A stretch of 64,000 nucleotides of DNA from the human T2T-CHM13v2.0 reference genome, Homo sapiens. A program made the position numbers and the translations under genes. Positions 1 to 14,164 of the stretch are shown here, one piece after another (position 1 is the first letter of the stretch; each line of letters starts with the position of its first letter). Under the pieces are notes generated by a model. It was not told where the DNA came from and ran no database searches. It was given only the letters and a program-made list of their open reading frames with translations. The stretch lies in the NCBI RefSeq assembly GCF_009914755.1, contig NC_060928.1; one strand, written 5' to 3'.

Positions 1-417
1 GTTCTTGTTAGATAGTCACTAGAAGTCAGATGCATTGGATGGAAAGGTTCGCATCAATTTTAATTCAAGTCATATTGATTGAGTCCAATGTTAGAAAAAA
101 TGTTTTACTGTTTTATTAAATATCTGAGGGATTTAAAAATTGTAGTTGAAAGGAAACTATTCAAGATGCAATGAAAACTACATTGGTTGATATGTATATT
201 TTCTTGCAATAATTACTTGTTTCTTTTGAATCCTTGCTGTCTCAAGGAGCTTATGTGCTTTCTTCCCTAAGTAGTCATTATTTTAATGTTTATGATGTCT
301 GCTCCATTGGCTACTGCAGTCTTTCAGTTGGAATTATATGCACAGGAAAAACTAGAAAGAATTCATAAAATGATTTTTATATATTTACTTATGTATTCCA
401 TAGTTTCATATAGATTC

Positions 418-723
418 TTTTTTTTTTTTTTTTTTTTTGAGACGGAGTCTCACTCACTTTGTCACCTAGGCTGGAGTGCAGTGGTGGGATCTCGGCTCAC
501 TGAAACCTCCATCTCTTGGGTTCACTGAAACCTCCATTTCCTGGGTTCAGGCAATTCTCTCACTTTAGCCTCCCGAGTAGCTGGGACTACAGGCATGCGC
601 CACCACACTCAGCTAATTTTTGCATTTTTAGTAGAAACTGGGTTTCGCCATGTTGGCCAGGCTGGGCTTGAACTCCTGGCCTCAAGTGATCTGCCTGCCT
701 TGGCCTCCCAAAGTGCTGGGATT
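418..723 (-). mobile_element. Alu (S/J-type), with internal 25-bp tandem duplication
   Basis: Poly-T, then gagacggagtctcact...cctcccaaagtgctggg; the Alu 5' ~25 nt are missing. Confidence 0.95.
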
Positions 724-1071
724 TCATGTACATTCATTTTTATATGTTAACAGAATTATCTGACAGATCTTATAAACTACATTTCTGGTAATAAAAGCAA
801 AGATATGTTATTGATTTTGTCAATTCTAGTTTTTAAAAAACTGTAAAATATTTTCAGGTTTATTGATACATTGTCATCCATACACTTACCACCTAGATTT
901 AACAATTGCTAATTTTTGCAATATTTACTTCAGCTATTTCAAGATATAGATTATTTAGAATGTATTTAAAATCCCTTTTGTATTCCTCAGCAATACATTT
1001 ACATCCCTTCCGCCCTACTGGTAAACACTATTTTAATGCTATATCCTTTTCATTTCTTAAAAAATACTTTA

Positions 1072-1302
<231 letters not shown>

Positions 1303-2427
1303 TTAGTTGGGGAAGACAGATAATAAACTAGGAATCAAGAGCATGCAGTTTATCAGTACTATTGTTATCGCAGTGGAGAAATAGCGACGGCAGTAGAGAC
1401 AAAGTGGGGGAAAGGGAGTAGGGAATACGGCAATTATAAACAGAGTTGCTAGGGAGGCCTCATTCAGAAGGTAACATCTGAGCAAAGGCTTGAAGAAATC
1501 GAGGTGGTAGCACGCGGCTATCAGCGGGAAGAGTGAACCAAGCTGAGGACACAGTGTGTGGAAATGCTCCAAGGTGGGCTGCGCCTACCTTGGTCAAGAA
1601 GCAGTAAGACCAGTGTGGCCAGGGCAGAGTAAGTTGGGGGAGGAGTGGTAGAAGATGAGGTAACCTGGTCCCTCATGTAAGGCCTTATGCAAAGACTAGC
1701 TTTTGCGTCAGAGAGATGGAAAGTCACTGGAGGATTCTGATGAGTGATATAATCCAACTTATCGAGGTCACTCTGATGTCTGTTGAGAGTGACAATGTGG
1801 GGTGGGGAGACCAGGTAGGAAGCTCTTGCTTATCCAGCTGAGGCTCATCCAGCTGAGATAGGATAGTGTTAGTTGTGGAGTAGTGAGATATGGTTTTTAT
1901 ATATTTCATATTTTCAAAGATAGAACCAACAGGATTTGATGAAGGATTGGATGTGGGAGATGAGAGAAAAGAGGAGAGTCAAGGATGATGCCAGAGTTTT
2001 CTGTCTGAGCTATTAGAAGGGTGGAGTTGGTTTGGTATATATTGAGGTGAGGAGGATTGTAGAAGGAGCAGGTTTGCAGGGGAGGATCAGAGGTTCAGTT
2101 TTGGACATAGTAGGTATTTAAGTAGAGATGTAGAAAAGGCAGAGGAATATATAAAGCTGGAATCTTAGGGAGAGATCTGGGCTGGAAACATACATTGGAG
2201 AAGCATCAGTATATAGTTGATATTTAAAGCCATGAGACTGGATGAAGTTACCCAGAGAGCAAGAATCAATTGCAAAGATGTTCAAGGACCAAGTTCTGGA
2301 GCACTTCAATGTTTACAGGCTTGGGATATGAAGAGGAATCAGCCTAGACTGAGCAAAAGCCTGCGAAGTAGTGATGATGAAGTTCTGGAGCCTAAAGATG
2401 GAAGTGTTTCAGGAATAGAGGATATGG

Positions 2428-2640
2428 GTTGGGCGTGGTGTCTCACATCTGTATTCACAGCATTTGGGGAGGCCAAGGCAGGTGGATTGCTTGAGCCCAG
2501 GAGTTCAAGACCAGCCTGGATGACATGGTGAAACCCCATCTCTACCAAAAAATGCAAAAATTAGCTGCACGTGGTGGAGTGCACCTATAGTAGATCCAGC
2601 CTGGTCAACAGAGTGAGACCTTGTCTTAAAAAAAAAAAGA
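2428..2640 (+). mobile_element. Alu with most of the right arm deleted
   Basis: Left arm and linker, then a jump from gcacctatagt to tccagcctgg; A-tail; flanking gaatagag repeats. Confidence 0.9.
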
Positions 2641-3385
2641 GAATAGAGAAATGACCCTCTGTTTCAGATGCTGTTGAGAGGTCGAGTGTGATGAGGACTG
2701 AGAAGTGACCATTGGATTTAGTGGTATGAAGGTCACTGGTGACAGTGACAAGAGCAGTTCGATGGAACAGTGGTGGTGACAGATGGCCTGGAATTAGCTT
2801 AAGTGATAATAGAAGGAGTTGAATTGGAGATAAGTAGAGAAAACTTTTTTGAGTTTTACTGTAATGTGGAACAGAGAAGTGGAATAGAAGCCATAGAAGG
2901 GAAACAAGGGTCAAGAGTTATTTTTTTAAAGATGGAAAACAACATGTTTATTTGTTCCCATTTGCTAGTGGTTGCTTAAGTGGAGAAAGGAAATTAATGA
3001 TGTAGAAGAATTGGGTAGAATTTCTGGAGCTGTGCCCTTGAATGGATAATAATGGATGAGGCCTGGTGCACAAAGTTGGAGGTTGGCCTTAGACAAGGAA
3101 ACAGACGTGCCATCCATAGTGATAGGAGGGAAGGCAGAATACTGTCCATGGGCCCAGCTACAGGCAGATTAGTATAAGTAGTGGTGAGGGCTTTTGGCTC
3201 TATCATCAGCTGAGAGTGAGGATGGAGGAGGCCCTGTTGGGGATTTGAAACAAGAGGGTGAGGTACAAAATAGTTTTCTGGGAGAGTGGAAGATGAATGG
3301 TGTGGAAGGGTGTTAGGATTGCTTAACTGCAGTAAGGGCTCTGCTGCTTGAAGTTAGTGACTGTGAGTTGAGAATGTGACCTGTC

Positions 3386-3475
3386 CTCTACGGCCATACC
3401 ACCGTGAATGCGCCCGATCTCGTCTGATCTCGGAAGCTAAGCAGGGTCGGGCCTGGTTAGTACTTGGATGGGAGA
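3386..3475 (+). pseudogene. 5S rRNA retropseudogene (nt 1-90, tailless)
   Basis: Matches recalled human 5S rRNA nt 1-90 with 3 substitutions; 16-bp direct repeat gagaatgtgacctgtc at 3370-3385 and 3472-3487; no poly-A. Confidence 0.97.
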
Positions 3476-4697
3476 ATGTGACCTGTCAGTCTAGTTGAGT
3501 GTGTTTTTCTAGCCATGTTCAAAAGCACTTGTACAGTTGTGGAAGAGGTAGGGATTGGGTTTGGCTAGGTTTAGTGTTTAGACAGGTAAGCCAGATGGAA
3601 TGAGAAGAGAGGCTAGGGAGGTGAAGGTGTGTGCAAGGACATGATTGTGATGATAGACTATGGATCTAAGCTGGCTAAGAAATTTGAGGACAAGAAAATA
3701 GTGAACAATGGTGAAAGGGTCAATGGCATGTAGGTCCAATGGGATCAAGGAATTGTTAGATGGAGAGAGTGGGAGGGAAAAAAGGAAGGGATAGAGAACA
3801 GGATGGAATGATTGCTGTCGTTAATAATTTCAGAGAAGTAGCATTTTCATTTATGGTCTGGTTTTTAGTTGGCAACTGTTTTAAAGAATTATCTCTTTGG
3901 TGTATCCCTCTCCTGAAATTGTTAATATTCTGTAAATCAACACTTAAATTTACTAAAGGAAACCCAGAATGAAAAAAAAATTGGTATGTATTTTTAGTTT
4001 TCCAAAAAGTTTTTAAAACTATAAATGCTTTGCTTATAGGTTTGATTTTTGCTGTTTCTGTAAAATATTTTTCTAAATGCTCTTTGGGAAATCCAGTGAA
4101 CTTAGACTTTCCAGTTTGAAATTCTTGTGCTTTAAGCACATTGACTTGACAAATGTGTTACTGTAGACATTGAGGGGACTTAGTAAATTTACTTTGAAAT
4201 TGAAGTCAAATTAGCTGGCACCAAAAGCATAATAGGAAAAACAGGAAGAACTTAAGGTTTTCTGGTACAGTAGAGTGATAGATTCTGGTATGGACAGGTT
4301 GAAAATTCTGCCTTGATTTTTTGTGTTTTCATATATGAAATTTTGAAATTTTTTGAAGGTTTTATTTTCATATACGATAGGTAAGTCTAATGTTAACTAT
4401 ATATACATTTACACTACTTCGGGAAAATGTAAATAAATATTATGGTCTTGGGTGATTCTACAAAGTGTGATAACTTTAAAAAAGCAAATTAATTACTGAA
4501 GGTTTTTCTGATGTACTCTGTAAGAGTAATTTTAGTTGTCACAGATTTAAAGCATTATTCATTTTTAAAAACTGGTATAAACTCTACTTCTTCCACTTAC
4601 TAATAACAAGAACTTAAAGTGCCAACAGGATAATTCCCAGGGGTTAACACCTTGTTTCCCAGGAGACCTCCACATTGAAACTTGGTGCAATCTATTC

Positions 4698-4975
4698 TTT
4701 TTTTTGAGACAGAGGCTTGCTCTGTCACCCAGGCTGGAGTGCACTGGCATGATCTTGGCTCAGTGCAACCTCTGCCTCCCGGGTTCAAGCAATTCTCGTG
4801 CCTCAGCCTCCAGGTGTGCACCACCACGCCCGGCTAATTTTTGTATTTTTAGTAGAGATGTGGTTTCACCATATTGGCCAGGCTGGTCTTGAACTCCTGA
4901 CCTCAGGTGATCTCCCCACCTTGGCCTCCTAAAATTTGGCTTGGGATTACAGGTGTGAGCCATGGTGCCCAGCCC
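4698..4975 (-). mobile_element. AluS with short internal deletion
   Basis: Antisense Alu; TSD atctattcttt. Confidence 0.95.
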
Positions 4976-5956
4976 GGGATCTATTCTTTACCAAGGTAAA
5001 CAGCATGAACTCTCTGCTGAATTCCTGTTAATTACATTAGAAACAGCATTTGTGTAGATTCAGTGACCATTCATTGAGGAACAGGTGACAGTTTAGATTT
5101 CACTTGAAGAATGGGTGACTGTGGACCTCTGAATAATCAAAGTTTATTTTGAAAACTTTGTCTTTCAAGAGTATTGTAGCTACCTTCAGAGTCACATGGA
5201 AGATGTTGGTACACTGGACTTGTATTTGTCTACCAGTGACTACCTTATTCAGGTACAATTTTGGGGGTCAGGATCTGTCATGAGTATTTGATGTTCCCTG
5301 TTTCCTCTGACTCCTTTATTTTTTCAAATGAAGTTGGACCTAATAGATACCTGTTCTTTTGGGACATGCTTTGATGATGTACTCACTTGCCTTTGTTGTA
5401 AGGTATGACTTGGCCAAAACCACAATTTCCCCAAGCTAAAAATAGATATGTCTGTGGCTTGGAGGAACAGTATCCTTCAGCCGCTCACACTGGGGCATTT
5501 TAGGCTTTTGGCATACTGACTGTTCCGAAATGGCTGGTTTCCATGATTCCCAGTGTCCTTTGATGGTTTTGCCCTAATGAGACCTGGCTCCCATTCCCAT
5601 GACTTACAGGCTCAAGAAAGGAGGCTCTGTGTGGGTTAGCAGACATTGAGACTTTCGTGGGCCAAGCCAACAGAGTTCAATTTGTCACTCACTGGGCTAA
5701 ATTAAGTGAGCACCATGCTGGAAGTGGGACAGGCTGGCCAACTGTGCATCATACAATGCTGCATGTGTTGCTATGGACTAACTCTGAAACTGCGACATCT
5801 CTCTGTTAGCAGACACCATTGAAATAATATCCTGGAGAAATCATATGTGTGTCATTTTTGGCACCAGATGTTGGTCCTTGAAACCAGTTGTGTGTTGTTT
5901 TTCCAACAGGATTATTTCTAGAAAATGAATGAATTTCTGTTAAAATAAAGACAACT

Positions 5957-6296
<340 letters not shown>

Positions 6297-6505
6297 TTAA
6301 TCTCGCTTGAATAGCATACATAGCTAAATTTAATAAATTACTTCATTCTGAGCAGCTCTATATAATAATTGTGCCTTTGTTAATTGCAAAAAAGGTTGAC
6401 ATTTTAGTGACAAGAAGCAAATAGTTACAGAATTAGAGTAACTTTACTGCCTCCCTTCACAAACCTTCATAAAACTGTCAATAGGAAGATTTTAGGGCCA
6501 CCCTA

Positions 6506-6875
6506 TTGTTAGGGGCTGAATCTTGGTCCCCACCAAAATTGGTATGTTGAAGTTTTAACCACCAGTACCTTAGAATGTGGCCATATTTGGAGATAAGGTC
6601 TTTACAGAGGTAATTAAGTGAAAGTGGGATTATAAGAGTAGGCACTAATCCAGTATGAGCGGTATCCTCATAAGAAGAGGAAATTTGGATGTAGCATACA
6701 CAGAGAGGAGAAGATGGCCTTCTGTAAGCCAAGGAGAGAGGCCTCAGAAGAAACCAACTCTGTTGGCACCTTGGTCTTGGACTTCTGGCCTCCACAATTC
6801 TGACAGAGTACATTTCTGTTGTTTAAGCCACCCAGTTTGTGGTAGTTGGTTATGGCAGCCCCAGCAAATGAATAT
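6506..6875 (+). mobile_element. MaLR solo LTR (MLT1B/C-like)
   Basis: tgtt..ggctgaat start, ccagtacc, tatttggagataaggtc, tttctgttgtttaagccacccagtttgtggta...ttatggcagccc. Confidence 0.85.
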
Positions 6876-7364
6876 CTATATCAAGTGTGAGCAAGAGAAT
6901 GAAAACAAGATTTTAGAGGGAAGTAAGTAAATGCAAGTTTTAAAACCTCAACTTGGATTAAATGTGATCTCTGTGGGGAAAACCATGTCTTAGTCCCTCT
7001 ATTGCCAGTGCCAGACCCCCAGTTGAGGTGGGGAGGCAGTAGAATAGGGAAGTGGAATTTTCTATCTGGAAAGGATCTTAGGCATCATCTGTTGCAGTCT
7101 CCTTATTTATAGAGAAGCCTCTTGCTTTCTAGTTAAAGGCAGGGTCCAACCCCTTTTCTTCCCAAGTATATATTTATATATAATTAGGCTCTGTTGTTTT
7201 GGCAAAATTGACTTAGGAAAACAACCTGATTTTCTCCCCTTCCTCCTGTCCTTGTTGTTGTTGTTGTTGCTGTTATATTTTCCAGATACAAACAGCCACA
7301 TTAAAAAAACATAATTATCTGTGTATCCCCCACCTACTTTAAGCTATTAAAATATTATAAATTA

Positions 7365-8330
<966 letters not shown>

Positions 8331-8384
8331 AAGTTTGTCTTTTTTCCGTTCTAATCAGAGCCAGCATGGATGAGTGGTCCTAGC

Positions 8385-8500
8385 ATTCACCTTCTTCATT
8401 TTACAAATGAGGAAATGGGGGTAGAGAAACGTATGACTAGATCAGTGTTCCCAAACAGATAAAAACCCAGGAGCCTTGACTCCCAATCCTCTAGTCTTCC
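8385..8500 (-). mobile_element. MIR fragment
   Basis: cattttacaaatgaggaaatgggg core. Confidence 0.6.
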
Positions 8501-8649
8501 TTTTATACCAAATAGTCAGATCATCCATTTGAACGAATTACCTTTTTGGTGCTGTTAAGGATAGGGTCCAGGCCTAGAATGACAGACCAGAAGAGTTTAA
8601 CTAGAGAGTGTGTGCCAATTACATATGTGATCTTGTATCTGAACTTTCT

Positions 8650-9136
8650 GAAAACCCACATCATCACCTCCTTGTTTAAAACCCTTCTGGGTTTCCCGTT
8701 GCCTGTAAGTGAAAGCTGTTTAACATCGTCTGCTGGATTCGACCCCTCCTGCTCTTCACACTCTGCTGATCCCTCTCTGCCAGCCACACTGGCTTTTGGG
8801 ACTTCATAATTGCAGAGCTCCTTTCTCAACAGGCACTGACGTTCTCTCTGTCTGAGCTCTCCCTCTTTGTCTCATTCTTGAGTGCTCAGCTCCAGCTGTC
8901 ACTTTCTCAGTGAAGCCTTTCTGGACTCCCCTACTTTGTGCTCATAAAGCCTTAGCACTCATCACAGTTGCAAGTTTACGTTGTGTACCATTATTTATTA
9001 GGGTCTCTCTTCTGTACTAGCCCTTGAGTCTGAGAAAGTCGGAAACCGAGTCTGTTTTTGCTTACCATCCTATCCCTCGCTTTTAGTAGTGTGCCTGAAC
9101 TCAATAAATATTTGTGGAATGAATGAATGAATAAAT
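8650..9136 (+). mobile_element. LINE-2 3' end
   Basis: Ends in ctcaataaatatttgtggaatgaatgaatgaa, a typical L2 tail. Confidence 0.85.
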
Positions 9137-9316
9137 GGTCAGAGTTTTTAAAAAGCCCATTTTATGTAATTCCTTGGAGGTGAAAGGGTTCTCAGCCTAG
9201 ACGTACACATATTCTTCAGGAAAAGAACAGTACCATATGGACTGTATTGAAGATTTATATTCATTGCTCAAAGACATGGCAAAGGGATAGGTAGGAGAGG
9301 AGTGAATAAAAAAGAG

Positions 9317-9418
9317 GGCTGGGTGCAGTGGCTTGTGCCTGTAATCTCAGCACTTTGGGATGCCATTGCAGGAGGATCACTTGAACCCAGTGGTTTGACA
9401 CCAGCCTGAGCAACATAG
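9317..9418 (+). mobile_element. Alu left-arm fragment
   Basis: ggctgggtgcagtggct...ccagcctgagcaacatag. Confidence 0.85.
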
Positions 9419-9780
9419 GTTGTTATTAACTTAGAGGGGAAAACCTCTGAATAGATCTTAGCTGGGTCTTTTCTGCTAAGATTCTGGTTTGAATAATTCA
9501 AAATGAGGGTACAACATAAGAATAAGAAGCAGTTTTCGTTCCCTCCCTCAAGTGATTACTTTTACTTGCACAAGACAAACATGCATTCTATCTATGACTA
9601 ATTATTTTGTTACATTATTCCATAAAGGATAAGGGAATTGGCAGAGTTCACACAGTGAGATTCTCTGTGTCTTTTGTAATTCCAGCATTACCTAGAATGA
9701 GAGAAAAGAGGAGATATCTTTACCTTTTTGTGTGCATAACTGTGATTCTTAAAACACAAAATAGCCACAATTCGTTGATG

Positions 9781-10430
<650 letters not shown>

Positions 10431-10682
10431 GACAAATTATCTCTGGATTGTTCACTTAGCAACAGGGAGCAAATACACATTTTTAAGAGGGATGATAATG
10501 AGTTGTCACATTTTCTGTTTAGCTTTGACATTTATTTCTTAGGCAGGGAGTTCAGAACTTCGAGGTCTTCACTTTGCTTACCACCTTGGGAACTGCACGT
10601 TCCCAGTGGGTTGTGCTCCACGAGCTCTGTGCTTTCCCTGAAAGCAGGGATGCTGGACAGAAGCTTTAAAACTAATTAAATA

Positions 10683-11031
<349 letters not shown>

Positions 11032-11213
11032 TTAAAATAGAAAATACTTGCCTGTAGAATATTATTGATCTTTCAAATGACTCTTTACAGTAATTAAAAG
11101 CATCCAGTTACTTCCAATTCTGAGTAAAAATAACAGATTCAATGAGGCTAAGTTGTTTAATCTGCAAAGTATAAATTCAATCTGTTCTCATTTTTAATGA
11201 AATAATGTTTGCT

Positions 11214-11490
11214 GGCAGGGCAAAGTGGCTGACGCTTGTAATCCCAGCACTGTGGGAGGCCAAGGCGGGTGGATCACTTGAGGCCAGGAGTTTGGGACCA
11301 GCCTCGGCAGCATGGCAAAACTCCGTCTCTACAGAAAATGAAAAAATTAGCCGAGCGCGGTAGCATACCTTTGTAGACCCAGCTCCTTGGGAGGTTGAGG
11401 TGGAAGGATCGCTTGAGGCCAGGAGGTTGAGGCTACAGTGAGCCCTGATCATGCCACTGTGCTCCAGCATGGGCAACAGAATGAGACATA
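11214..11490 (+). mobile_element. AluJ
   Basis: Dimer with cacttgaggccaggag. Confidence 0.92.
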
Positions 11491-12966
11491 TATATAGATA
11501 TACTAATCTGTAATTTAGGGACGTATCTTATGGTTGTATGAGGGTTAATGAGGTTTCATAAGTGAGTTTATAGGTTTAGAATTTGTTTTCTCCTACATTA
11601 TAAGCCAAGGTTAAGCGTTGGCTATTATTATTTATGTTGTTATTATTATTATCTGATGCCTTTCAATGTAGCAAACCTAAGTTGTCTTTTTCAGGTGGAG
11701 ACAGCATCCTTTCTGACCTTTAATAGCTTTGTTTTCCATCAAAATTTATTGAGTTCACAGATTAGCTGGAATATGATTCTAACTGAAATATCTGTGATGT
11801 TTGTTGTGTGTTTATTACATTTTTTTCCTGCTCTTGCTGTTCTGCAAATTCATTCCTGTAAAATGTAATTGCTTCTTTTTGAGCTTTTGGTTGGAGCTGG
11901 CCTTTGGCAAAGTTGAGAAATAGATTTTTTTTTTTTTTTTAGTTTCTCTAAGTAATCCCTTTTGTGACCTTCTTCCATCCCCAAGCTCTGTCTCCGTTAA
12001 AACCTGCTTTCTGCAAAGTGGCTGGGTGTGTATCGAAGTTAACTATGCTGTAGCTTAGTCTCCTGTTGTAGAACTTCCAGGCGCAGGTGAAAGGGTGCAT
12101 AAAGCATTTTGCTGGGCAGTGTCCTTCTCCTTGGTTCCCATTCAGGGGCCTGGATGAGGCAACTGTACTTGCAAGTCCAGACTTCTTGTCTTTTTAAAAC
12201 TCTTTATAATCTGATTTGTCCCCAGGCCACACTTCTTCAAGCTAAATCCTCTCCTTTAGACTTCCCCTGCATGAGGCAGAAACGGCCCTAGGAAGACTCT
12301 GAATTATAAACCGTAAACAACTGAAAGAGCACAGTAAGAGGAGACACAGAGTTCAAGTCTCCAGTGTTGATCCTACGCTAAAGAGTTATAAAAATAAACT
12401 CTGGAGACTGCTAGTGTTTAAAAGCACTCATCCTTATTGAAGGAGACTTTTACTTCTCTTGGCCTTCTGTCACTGTCAATCTAAATAGTATATGTGGAAA
12501 GTTCCAAGGCTGGCAAGATTGATTTATTCTGCAATCTGCCATCCCTTTCAGTGTTAGCTATGTGGAATTTTCTCATCAGCCATAAGAAAGCTGTTTAATA
12601 GTCAGAGCAGGTCACATAGTTCCCTAAAGCAAATAGCAGACCGGCTTATCTGAACACTGTGAGGGAAATCATTATTCTTTTTCCTTGGTTCCTCTGTAAT
12701 AGTTTGGTCTTTAATAATCAGATCTCATTTGGATTGTACAAGAACGTGAGGCTATTTAATGAACACCATTGAGCTGTGATAATTGTCATGGTGGAAAAGC
12801 ACAAATATATTTACTAGAAAAGCACACGGCGTACTGAAAGCCAAGCTCTGTTTTCATGCTAAGGCTGTACAACTTCTGATAATAGTGCCTTAGGTGGCAC
12901 CAAGGATAATTGATGAAACTTGCCAGCTGTGCACATGAGCATCTGTTAGAGGCAGTGAACATAATA

Positions 12967-13278
12967 TTTATTTATTTATTTTTAAGAGATGGGATCTTGC
13001 TCGGTCACCCATGCAGGAGTGCAGTGACGTGGCCATAGCTCACTGCAGCCTCAAACTCCTTGACCCAAGCGATCCTCCCCCCTTTTAGCCTACTGAGTAG
13101 CTGGGACTACGGGCATGTGCCACCACATTCAGCTAATCTAAAAACATTGGGTTTTTTTTCAGAGATGGAGTCTTGTAGTGTTACCCGGGGTGCTCTTTAA
13201 CTCCTAGCCTCAAATGATCCTCCTGCCTCCACCTCCCAAAGATTTGGGATTACAGGTGTGAGCCACCGGCGCCCAGCC
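12967..13278 (-). mobile_element. AluJ
   Basis: Antisense diverged dimer. Confidence 0.92.
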
Positions 13279-13289
13279 TGGATTGGCCA

Positions 13290-13455
13290 TTTTCTATGTG
13301 ACCTTGAACAGGTTATCAGCAATCTTAGTGCCTTCATGTTCCCCCTCTGTGTAATGGAGGCAGTGATAGTACCTACTTTAAAGGGATATTAAGTTTATGA
13401 TGCACTTAGAACAGTATCTGCCACATACATGCTTAGTAAATTTTAGCTACTATTA
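13290..13455 (+). mobile_element. MIR
   Basis: ctatgtgaccttgaacagg...ctgtgtaatggagg...gcacttagaacagt. Confidence 0.75.
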
Positions 13456-14164
13456 ATCCTTTTTTTTTCTCTCCTCTTGTTTCTAACCTGATACTCTTGC
13501 TCTCTTCTTTACTTCAAAAGTTTTCTGTCTTGTCATTTCTTTGGCCTTTGGACTTTCCAGGGCCGGCCACCACTGGCAGTCCCATTGGTCTTTTCAGGGC
13601 TACCCCATGGAGTGGCAATGAGCTGTCCTTCTTTTCAAGTTTCGAAGGTAGAGCTGCTTCTTCAGATCATCCAACCCAAATCTTCATTTTACCTTAGGGA
13701 AGGAGAGTGCACTTGGTTGTCCTGGCTGAGATGGGCATTTACTGCTGGGGTACAAGGATGGAATGTGCTGATTCAGATGGAGGAAATGCTACAGGTTGTG
13801 GAGCTGACACATTTGTGTATCAATCCCTTAATCCACAGAAAGGTACCTGCATTTCTGTCCAAGTTGGGATTCACACATTAGGCCATCGCTAGTTGCTTAC
13901 AACATTTTCATTTCCTCTTTAACAAAAGGAGCCATGCACATCAACACTGTGTACGCAGATCCCAGACTATGTTAGATCTAAGCATGTGGGGCATCCTGTT
14001 GCCCTGGAGAACTACTCATTTTTGCAGCTTTCAGAGAGAAAAGAGCCCTTTTTGAAATGTTGTTTTAGATGGGATACGTGAAAACCAGTAACTAGTTAAT
14101 CCAGAGCAGTTACTTTTGGTCAGAGTGGCTAGTTAGTTGCCTGCCTGCCTGCTGTCTCTTCTCA

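Noticed and set aside
2585-2914. ORF with a reverse-transcriptase-like motif
   Set aside because: It is a dead LINE-2 fragment fused to Alu sequence, not an RT-based system.
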